Notes under the pieces: generated by a model
Told to the model about the DNA's origin: nothing
Database searches by the model: none
What the model saw: only the letters and a program-made list of their open reading frames with translations
Position numbers and translations under genes: made by a program
Shown: positions 1 through 6,712 of the stretch, piece by piece
Position numbering within the stretch: the first letter of the stretch is position 1
Layout: each line of letters begins with the position of its first letter
Source of the DNA: Silvanigrellaceae bacterium
Lineage (GTDB): Bacteria > Bdellovibrionota_B > Oligoflexia > Silvanigrellales > Silvanigrellaceae
Assembly (NCBI GenBank): GCA_049423385.1
Contig: JBMSQQ010000072.1
Location: forward strand, 1 to 17,150
Direction of reading: 5' to 3'
Length of the DNA: 17,150 bases

Positions 1-1771
1 CCGTTCCATTTTGGATCCAAAGGACGCGGTCGGCCTTGGCTGCATGTTCGGCGTTGTGGGTCACAAGGATCCGAGTTTTCTTTGCAAGCAGACCACGCAG
101 GCATTGCTTGAAAATACTCTTGCCAACCTTGCTGTCGACCGCGCTGAGGGGACTGTCGAGAAGAAAAATGTCGGCGTCCGAGTAAACAGCTCTTGCAAGG
201 GAAATCCTTTGTTTTTGTCCGCCAGAAAGATTCACGCCGCGCTCACCGATTTCAGTGTCATCGCTTTGGGCCAGCTGCGCGAGGTCGTCCTCGAGTGCGC
301 ATGCGGCTATGGCATTTCGATAAAGAAGTTCGTTGTCGGGATGCCCGAAAGTGATGTTGTCGCGCACCGAAGCGTTCATGATCCAGGGCAACTGGGAAAC
401 AAATGCAAATCGACCATTGGATGTCACGAGATTGTTTGAATTCTCAAGTTCGCGCATCAGAACGTGCAGGAAGCTTGTTTTGCCTCCGCCGACGGGTCCA
501 AGGACGACGATGAATTCACCACTGCGAATGTGCATGTCGATGAGGTTCAGCTCTGCGGTGCCTGCTCCCCAATTCACGGCACCCCGGGAAATCTGAATGG
601 AACCTGCGGCAAGTTCGGAATTGCTTTTCCTTGCTTCGAATTCTTCGCGGGCAAGGAAGTTTTCAATACGCTGGGTGGCGATGTTTGCGTCGATGTAGCC
701 CGAGAAGGTCATTGGCAATTGTGACATCACCGGACGGAGAATGCCGAAGAACGCCAGAGCGCTGAAAACATCCTCTATTTCGAGGCTTTCTCCGGTGAGC
801 AGGCGCGCACTGAACGTGGCCAATCCGACAAAAATGGGTGTGCTGAGAAAGAGAATGTTGACCAAAGCCGATTCTCGGGCAAGGCCATGGAGTTCTTCCA
901 ATTCTCTATTTCGGATTTTTTTGATGCGCGCAAGAAAACTCCGTTCCCACGCGTAAAATTTAATGACCCGGATGCCGTTGAGTATTTCGCTCATGAGACT
1001 GACGCGCTGGTCGCTGTGTTCCATGAGGCGCCTGCGGCCGGACATTAATTTTCTTGCGCGGCGTGAGGAAAAATAGAGCATGATGATCATCACCGCAAGA
1101 CCAGCAAATGTTGCCGGTCCCATGATGTAGAAAAGGGCCGAGATAATCACAATCCCCTGCAATGGCATGACCCATGCTGAATGCAACATGCTTGCCACGT
1201 TGTAGACTCGGGCGGCATCGTTGGCCATCAGATTCACGATTTCACCTGTGTTCGACTGAGCCCTGGCACGGTGGTTCAGTCGCAACGCTTTTTCATAAAT
1301 GGCAACCACAAGCCCAGCGCGCATACGCATCCCGAGTTTCAGTGACGCGTGATAGACGTGGTGAATGCTCAGGTTTGCCGTGAGTGCAGTGACCATCAGT
1401 GCGGCGGCTAGCGACCAACCCGCAAGAGCGATGGGCTCCGTGCTTTTCAATGCTTTGAGCAATTCGCGGATGATCAACGGGTTGGTTGTCGTGCAAATCA
1501 GGTTGACCAAGGCCAACAAACTGATTTTGAAGAATGTCTTTTTGTGCAATTTCCAGAGAGTGGAGATGACGGGCCGAGGCTGGGACTGCTGCTCCTGGCA
1601 GAAAATTCCCGCAAAATCCTTTCCGCACTGCGCCGAATCCTCGGCGCGGTTGAGGGTCAATAGATGCTCGTCGGATACGTGCTGCTTTTTGCCAATCGCA
1701 ATCAGCGGAGACACCCAATTGAAAAAGACATGCCGATACCAGGGGCTGTGTTCTTCCTTTTGAAGCAACAT
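1..1771 (-). CDS. ABCC/MRP-like ABC transporter (lasso-TMD1-NBD1 visible, 590 codons; continues past the left edge)
   Basis: Hand translation from ATG at 1771 (AAGGA SD just upstream); the same frame runs off the left edge and I found no stop. Motifs: N-terminal MLLQKEEHSPWYRHVFFNWVSPLIAIGKKQHVSDEHL; TMD motifs TGEIVNLMAND and SDQRVSLMSEILNGIRVIKFYAWE; Walker A GPVGGGKT (476-499); Q-loop FAFVSQLPWIMNASVRDNITFG; signature GVNLSGGQKQRISLARAVY (LSGGQ at 215-229); Walker B/D-loop IFLLDSPLSAVD; H-loop KTRILVTH. Confidence 0.93.
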   Translation of the reverse strand, partial: MLLQKEEHSPWYRHVFFNWVSPLIAIGKKQHVSDEHLLTLNRAEDSAQCGKDFAGIFCQEQQSQPRPVISTLWKLHKKTFFKISLLALVNLICTTTNPLIIRELLKALKSTEPIALAGWSLAAALMVTALTANLSIHHVYHASLKLGMRMRAGLVVAIYEKALRLNHRARAQSNTGEIVNLMANDAARVYNVASMLHSAWVMPLQGIVIISALFYIMGPATFAGLAVMIIMLYFSSRRARKLMSGRRRLMEHSDQRVSLMSEILNGIRVIKFYAWERSFLARIKKIRNRELEELHGLARESALVNILFLSTPIFVGLATFSARLLTGESLEIEDVFSALAFFGILRPVMSQLPMTFSGYIDANIATQRIENFLAREEFEARKSNSELAAGSIQISRGAVNWGAGTAELNLIDMHIRSGEFIVVLGPVGGGKTSFLHVLMRELENSNNLVTSNGRFAFVSQLPWIMNASVRDNITFGHPDNELLYRNAIAACALEDDLAQLAQSDDTEIGERGVNLSGGQKQRISLARAVYSDADIFLLDSPLSAVDSKVGKSIFKQCLRGLLAKKTRILVTHNAEHAAKADRVLWIQNGT

Positions 1772-1780
1772 TTTGTTCCT

Positions 1781-3001
1781 TCAGTGTTGGACAAAGGGTG
1801 TGAGTGAGCGAGCCCAGGAGATGAGTCCGCTCCATCCATCGGGGCCAAATCTTTTTCCATGCTGGAGAGCATTGTTGCGCATCATCGGCAGGACGTCGGG
1901 TTGATTGCAGAGCACGAGAGCCTTTTCCAGCGCATTTGCAAGTCGCTCTGTGACTCCTGCTTCATAAAGAATTGCACAGCTCGACGGTAAAACTTCAGCC
2001 AGGGCTCCGGTATTGCTGCTCACCAGCGGTGTTCCCTGTTGCAGGAATTCAACAGCAACGCGACAAATGACTTCACTGCCAAGACTCGGGATCAATCCGA
2101 AACTCGATTGTCTCATCCACAAAGCGACATCCCTGACCCGTTCATCCAGCACAAGAATACGAATGCGCTTTTGCGGCACTTCGACTAGCCATCGCTTGTC
2201 CGACAGGGCGACGTGTTGAACCTGGAAAGTTGAGCAGGCATGCTCAACCAATGAGAAAGAGTTTACGCTCTGTGATTCCCCGATAAAGACAACTTGCAGC
2301 CACTGATCCTTTTTGAGGTAGTTGTCGATTTGCGCCATGGCCAGTGCGTCGATGGTTTCCTTGTGTCCCTTGACGGGATCGTAACGTCCGACGATCGTGA
2401 AAGTGGGATGCGAGAAATCAAGTGAAAATTTGCGCGAGATGGCCACTGTTTGTGCGGGTGCATCAAGTGAAATAACGGGTTGAGCCAGTTTGGCGGTGCA
2501 ATAGAGATGAATCAGCTTCATTCGCTCTGGCACTTCGAAAGGTGTGCGTTGTTGAACCACGTTTGCAGCAAAGGCAACCCCCGACACGCCATTGTTGTAA
2601 ACCCAACGGTTCAACACGGAAGGCCTCACAGGATTGGCTTGCCCGCGCACTCTCACGAGACGTGTGGAGGACCAAAGTTTTTTATGCAGCAATCTGTGAA
2701 TTGAGCAGAGTGTATGTTCTCTTCCTTCAAACACCCACACAATCGAAGGTTTGTGCGATCTTATGAGTTCCCCGACAGCATGCCAGGTGACAAGAAATCG
2801 CGTGACGGAAAACGGGAACAGCGGAATGGCATTTGTTTGAATCGAGAACTGTGACGCCTTTCGCAAGGCGATGCTGTTGGCGGGTGCGCAATAGATGACC
2901 TTGCTGCTCTGGCGTGAAGAAACATACTGCGCCAATTGCAGGCTGTAATCTGTGACCGCAGAAAACCACGGATTTGAATTGAGAACTATGTGGAAATCCA
3001 T
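1781..3001 (-). CDS. Glycosyltransferase family 4 (GT-B fold), ~406 aa
   Basis: Part of ORF 1781..3112. The likely start is Met38 (ATG at 3001, MDFHIVLNSNPWFSAV), which overlaps the upstream gene by 16 nt. GT4 motifs: IVGRYDPVKGH, and LIPSLGSEVICRVAVEFLQQGTPLVSSNTGALAEV with the E-x7-E donor-binding motif. Confidence 0.88.
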   Translation of the reverse strand: MDFHIVLNSNPWFSAVTDYSLQLAQYVSSRQSSKVIYCAPANSIALRKASQFSIQTNAIPLFPFSVTRFLVTWHAVGELIRSHKPSIVWVFEGREHTLCSIHRLLHKKLWSSTRLVRVRGQANPVRPSVLNRWVYNNGVSGVAFAANVVQQRTPFEVPERMKLIHLYCTAKLAQPVISLDAPAQTVAISRKFSLDFSHPTFTIVGRYDPVKGHKETIDALAMAQIDNYLKKDQWLQVVFIGESQSVNSFSLVEHACSTFQVQHVALSDKRWLVEVPQKRIRILVLDERVRDVALWMRQSSFGLIPSLGSEVICRVAVEFLQQGTPLVSSNTGALAEVLPSSCAILYEAGVTERLANALEKALVLCNQPDVLPMMRNNALQHGKRFGPDGWSGLISWARSLTPFVQH

Positions 3002-3978
3002 GTGTTGCCGCCAACTTTCTTGAAGACAAGAATGATGTTGGAGGCAATATTGCCACTCTCTTCTTCGCTGACAAGTGTTTGTACGGACGAATTTGCACTT
3101 GCGTGGGAGCAAAGCTGCCCAAGGTCGTAGCTCTTTGCGCGATGGTAAACCAGCTTCAAACCATTGGCTTCAGCCCAGCCCAGTGTGTTGGACAAACTGA
3201 GCGGATGGTCGGATGGATGCAAAAACGCGTCTGCGATACGCGCTGGCGAGAAGCCAAGGTACCTGAAACGCAAGGATAACGACTTCTTTGCAAATACCGG
3301 TAGTGCTGCCCGCCACATCCAAAGCCTCAAGCTCGCAAGCATCAGCCGCATTCCGGAGGGTGCCTGCTTGGCTGTGGTGCTTGTCTCTGCGCTCATCACA
3401 GACCACAGGCCGAGGAATTTTTTCTGGACTCCCCGTTCAAGACGCCGACCTGTGCTTGAGTAAATCATCATTCGCAGGGTGCCACCCTGATTGAGGGCGT
3501 TTGACATTGATTTCAACAATTTCTGTGGCTCGGGCTGATGGTGCAACACACCAAAGCACTGAATATGATCAAACAAGCCATGGGCAGGCAGTGCGTGGTT
3601 GGCATCGCCATGTTCAAGTTCGATGGGCTTCAGTTGGTGCCAACGGATTTTTTTGTCGGCACGTCGCAGGGACTTGAGGCTCAAGTCGAAGCCGACGATT
3701 GGATTGTGTGGATGCAGGACGCGAAAAAGGAGAGGTTCGTCCGTGCCACAGCCCACAAGGGCAATCTTCTTTTTGTCCGAAAAGGCATGGCGCAAATCGC
3801 GCAACTTGAGATCGCGAACAGCCTCTTCCGACAAGTTTTTTTGACCTTGAGCAACAATGGCTGAAAAACCAGCGTGCGCTTCAAGCGAACCGTTGGGATT
3901 CGGACTGAGGAAAAAAGGCCTTCCTGGATAGGGAAACAGTTCATAAAAAAACTGCATTCTTTCCAGGAACGGATTCAT
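2986..3978 (-). CDS. Class I SAM-dependent methyltransferase, ~330 aa
   Basis: ORF 2986..4020; the likely start is ATG at 3978 (Met15), 17 nt after the KS stop. Motif I KIALVGCGTD, post-I IVGFDLS, motif II FDHIQCFGVLHH, motif III ALNQGGTLRMMIY. It also has N-terminal FYELFPYP and C-terminal DAFLHP motifs. Substrate unknown. Confidence 0.87.
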   Translation of the reverse strand: MNPFLERMQFFYELFPYPGRPFFLSPNPNGSLEAHAGFSAIVAQGQKNLSEEAVRDLKLRDLRHAFSDKKKIALVGCGTDEPLLFRVLHPHNPIVGFDLSLKSLRRADKKIRWHQLKPIELEHGDANHALPAHGLFDHIQCFGVLHHQPEPQKLLKSMSNALNQGGTLRMMIYSSTGRRLERGVQKKFLGLWSVMSAETSTTAKQAPSGMRLMLASLRLWMWRAALPVFAKKSLSLRFRYLGFSPARIADAFLHPSDHPLSLSNTLGWAEANGLKLVYHRAKSYDLGQLCSHASANSSVQTLVSEEESGNIASNIILVFKKVGGNTWIST

Positions 3979-3995
3979 GCCGCTTGCATCTGTTG

Positions 3996-5630
3996 TTATT
4001 GAATTCTCGACAGTACGCATGACGATATCCCACCAATCCCCATGCTGAGTTTGCCGCAGACGAGTCCGTCTGGCGCTTCAACCGTCAGGGCCTTGTCTGT
4101 TGCCAAATGACGACCTACCTCGCGGATGCTCGGATGAACCCGGTCAGCCGAAATGCCGGAACCTGTGAGTGTAAAGACTTTGCCGTTCTTTCGCGTCGAC
4201 AAAAGTTGGGCTGTGAGTTCCCAGCCACCGCACGTTGACATGCCGTGACCAAAAATTCCCTTGCGTGCCGTGATGATTGTTGACGCCGGAAGATTGTCGA
4301 TCAGTTTGAATTCCGACCAGTCACCCGGCGTGCCTGTGGCATGCATGTCCCAGGTGTGAACGTCTTTGGGTGCAATTCCCGCTTGCTCGAATGCATCGCG
4401 GATGCAGAGTTTCGGACCTTCCATGGAGGGCGTGATGATGTGCTCGGCATCGGAACTCAATCCAACGCCAAGAATTTCCACTCCAAGAGACTTTTGGCCC
4501 AACTTTTCCATGACGTCGTCGGCTGCAAGAATCCAGGTGCAGGCTCCGCCAGCCACGTGGGTTCCACGCAAATCACACAACGGGACACCTACATTGCAGC
4601 CGGCCGCAAGAACCTTGGCGGCATTGAATCCAGCAACCAATTCTGGCGGTGGTGGAAGGTCGGTCGTACCGATGATTGCGGCATCGTAATCGCCTGAGCG
4701 AATGCCATCGACGGCTTGGCGCAAAACCAAGCCAAACGTGGCGCATGCTCCGATGGATGCATAAGAAACACCATGGATTCCGTGCAACATCGAAACTTGG
4801 GCTGCGGGTGCGTTTGGCAGGTTCCAAAGCATGTTTGCATTCACGGCTTCCCATGGGGGAACAGGATGTTTCCACTTTTCCTGCAAAGCCTTTTTGGCTT
4901 TCGTCTTGGCACGAATCACGTTCAGTTTGTCGTTGGCAACATCTGCACCAATCGTGATGGATTCCATGGCGTTGAATTCGCGCAGATAGTCCTGCAGTGC
5001 ATCCGATTTTTTGCTCCAGTAGGTATCCCAGGTTTCCCAGGCTGCTGCGCGTTCAGGTGAGTCGATTTCGAAGGTTGTGGGTGACGTGGGTGCGTTTGTA
5101 TCCGTGTGTTTGCCGCTGATGTGCTCGGCCAAAGCTTTGCAGCGTTCTGGATGAGCCCAGAATTTGTTCCACACGCGCTCGGCGGATTTGTATTCATCAT
5201 GACCGATGAAATAGGCCGTCAGGTCGCCAAAACCGCTGCCGTAGCAGACGTAGACCCGAGGGTCGATTTTTTTGAGGGCTTGTTCGAGTCCGGGATTGCT
5301 TTCCAGAGCGTCAATCGAAGTTCCGACCGCCATACGGACGTGAGAGTATCCTTTGTCTGAAAGCTGTGTGAACTTGTTGTTGGGGTGGCGTTGGCTGATC
5401 CAGTCGCGATAGACTTCGAAATCAAATTTGGGCTTGCCGATCAGGAACGCTCCCTGAAACTGCTCAATTGGGCTCAAGGCCGGCTTGCCTTCCTGCACCA
5501 GGGCCAGAAATTCGCGGAGGTTGGCTGCCCCTGGCGAGCAGATGCCGACACCATAAAGCGAAATCTTGCGATTTGGCTTGGAATGTCCGCGTGTTTCATG
5601 GGATGTTGGCGAATTTGTTGCGTTTGCCAC
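3996..5630 (-). CDS. Stand-alone beta-ketoacyl synthase (KAS I/II, FabB/FabF-like) with a large insertion, 544 aa
   Basis: GTG start at 5630 with GGAGGG SD at 5639-5644. Catalytic Cys296 in SIGACATF (codon 4743-4745), His in DMHATGTPGD, Lys and His in TARKGIFGHGM, C-terminal SMGIGG, N-terminal GVGICSPG and GSGFG. Confidence 0.9.
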   Translation of the reverse strand: MANATNSPTSHETRGHSKPNRKISLYGVGICSPGAANLREFLALVQEGKPALSPIEQFQGAFLIGKPKFDFEVYRDWISQRHPNNKFTQLSDKGYSHVRMAVGTSIDALESNPGLEQALKKIDPRVYVCYGSGFGDLTAYFIGHDEYKSAERVWNKFWAHPERCKALAEHISGKHTDTNAPTSPTTFEIDSPERAAAWETWDTYWSKKSDALQDYLREFNAMESITIGADVANDKLNVIRAKTKAKKALQEKWKHPVPPWEAVNANMLWNLPNAPAAQVSMLHGIHGVSYASIGACATFGLVLRQAVDGIRSGDYDAAIIGTTDLPPPPELVAGFNAAKVLAAGCNVGVPLCDLRGTHVAGGACTWILAADDVMEKLGQKSLGVEILGVGLSSDAEHIITPSMEGPKLCIRDAFEQAGIAPKDVHTWDMHATGTPGDWSEFKLIDNLPASTIITARKGIFGHGMSTCGGWELTAQLLSTRKNGKVFTLTGSGISADRVHPSIREVGRHLATDKALTVEAPDGLVCGKLSMGIGGISSCVLSRIQ

Positions 5631-5638
5631 CTGTCAGA

Positions 5639-5644
5639 CCCTCC
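5639..5644 (-). promoter_or_regulatory. Shine-Dalgarno of the KS gene, inside a GC-rich hairpin cluster
   Basis: GGAGGG on the minus strand, 8 nt upstream of the GTG at 5630. Confidence 0.7.
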
Positions 5645-5751
5645 GGACAGCCGGAGCCAAAGCCCCGGCGTGATTCTTGAAACCATTCGAAGTCTTAAAA
5701 AACGTCTGATGTTAATGCCTGATTTCGCAGGGTCGGGCAAGCAAACTGGTC

Positions 5752-5780
5752 TTGACTAATGGAAGCCAACTCGATAAAGC
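5752..5780 (+). promoter_or_regulatory. Putative sigma70 promoter of tRNA-His
   Basis: TTGACT (5752-5757), 17-nt spacer, then a weak -10 TAAAGC (5775-5780), ending 15 nt before the tRNA. Confidence 0.45.
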
Positions 5781-5795
5781 CTCGCCAACCGTCGT

Positions 5796-5872
5796 GGTGG
5801 CTGTAGTCAAGCGGTTAAGACAATGGATTGTGATTCCATCATGCGCGGGTTCAAATCCCGTCAGCCACCCCA
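5796..5872 (+). tRNA. tRNA-His (anticodon GTG)
   Basis: Cloverleaf: acceptor GTGGCTG/CAGCCAC with an encoded G-1 (5796) pairing to discriminator C (5869), the His identity element. D arm GTC/GAC, anticodon arm ATGGA-TT-GTG-AT-TCCAT (GTG at 5830-5832), T arm GCGGG-TTCAAAT-CCCGT, encoded CCA at 5870-5872. Confidence 0.97.
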
Positions 5873-6013
5873 TCTTTCCTTATGTTTTTCGCTTCCGCTT
5901 GTTTTTTCAAATGTGAGTGTTGAGTCGCCAACTAGAGAATCGAGTTCGCAGCTCGCATACACCCCCGTGGCGCAGCAGGCCTCTTGTGTCAGGAAAAGAA
6001 CACTCAATCATTT

Positions 6014-6625
6014 CTACCCGCAGTCTGGTTTCGCGTGTCTCTGTTCAACAGAAATGAGGATTTTTTTGATCTGGTAGGTTGAGGGAATTATCACTGCAAA
6101 GCCGGCGCCCGACAACGCGTCCCCGCTTGGACAATTTCTTCCGGGCATAGATCTGATCAACTTCAGAACGGCATCAGCACGATCCTTCGCACCATCAGCC
6201 CGCTGGATTCCGTCGATACTGATGGAACAACACGTATCTCGATATGATTCGTGCACAATAATCAGTGAATTGGTCTTGAAATCAATCTGCGGAAGGCGTT
6301 CTTGCGGATAGAACAACGCGAAAGCACTTTTCAATTCACTGTCATTCGTTATGACGCGCCAGACAACACCATTGTCGCTTTCTCTTTTCCATCCGCTAGA
6401 GTTCAGCTTGAGAGTTTTGAAGGGAATTTCTTCAGGCTTGACGGACTTTGCCTCATGCTTGACGGACTTTGCCTCATGCTTGACGGACTTTGCCTCAGGC
6501 TTGACAGCAAATTCCTCGAGTTCCCCTCCATCGGACGAGTTGACTGTGTGTGTGCAGCTCACTGCGGCAAGGAAGAAGACTAAGAAAAATCTCTCGATAA
6601 AATGAGAGCTCACTATGGTTTTCAT
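6014..6625 (-). CDS. Putative lipoprotein with a PrcB C-terminal-like domain, 203 aa
   Basis: Hydrophobic FFLVFFLAAVS followed by Cys24 (lipobox-like AVS-C). The C-terminal segment LPQIDFKTNSLIIVH...SISIDGI...PGRNCPSGDALSGAGFAVIIP resembles the PrcB_C pattern (P-x-[VI]-DF ... I-x-I ... P ... AL[TS] ... V-x-IP), recognised by eye. Confidence 0.7.
   Translation of the reverse strand: MKTIVSSHFIERFFLVFFLAAVSCTHTVNSSDGGELEEFAVKPEAKSVKHEAKSVKHEAKSVKPEEIPFKTLKLNSSGWKRESDNGVVWRVITNDSELKSAFALFYPQERLPQIDFKTNSLIIVHESYRDTCCSISIDGIQRADGAKDRADAVLKLIRSMPGRNCPSGDALSGAGFAVIIPSTYQIKKILISVEQRHAKPDCG
6432..6505. repeat. 21-bp in-frame tandem repeat, 3.5 copies
   Basis: Unit tca(g/t)gcttgacggactttgcc at 6432, 6453 and 6474, plus a partial copy at 6495-6505. 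Encodes VKPEAKS-VKHEAKS-VKHEAKS-VKPE. Confidence 0.97.
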
Positions 6626-6712
6626 TCAGTTTTCCAATCAATTTTTTGGGAGATGATAATCTTTTTCATTATGAGTAAGTCAGACTGGGCTGATTGATGG
6701 GTGTGCGCATAT

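Noticed and set aside
11..1835. Short ORFs listed in the track over the first 1.8 kb
   Set aside because: They are shadows of the minus-strand ABC transporter frame, which carries all the conserved motifs.
3002..3112. N-terminal extension of the glycosyltransferase ORF
   Set aside because: It would overlap the methyltransferase by more than 120 nt and looks non-protein-like. The GT-B first strand begins at Met38.
5914..6006. 8-bp inverted repeat TGAGTGTT/AACACTCA bracketing ~77 bp downstream of the tRNA (possible MITE or att remnant)
   Set aside because: Short enough to arise by chance, with no target-site duplication and no second copy in the window.
5823..6077. 84-aa plus-strand ORF
   Set aside because: It starts inside the tRNA-His gene and overlaps the lipoprotein's 3' end; spurious.
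6432..6505. Repeat considered as a mini CRISPR array
   Set aside because: The units are head-to-tail with no spacers, lie in frame within a CDS, and no cas genes are present.
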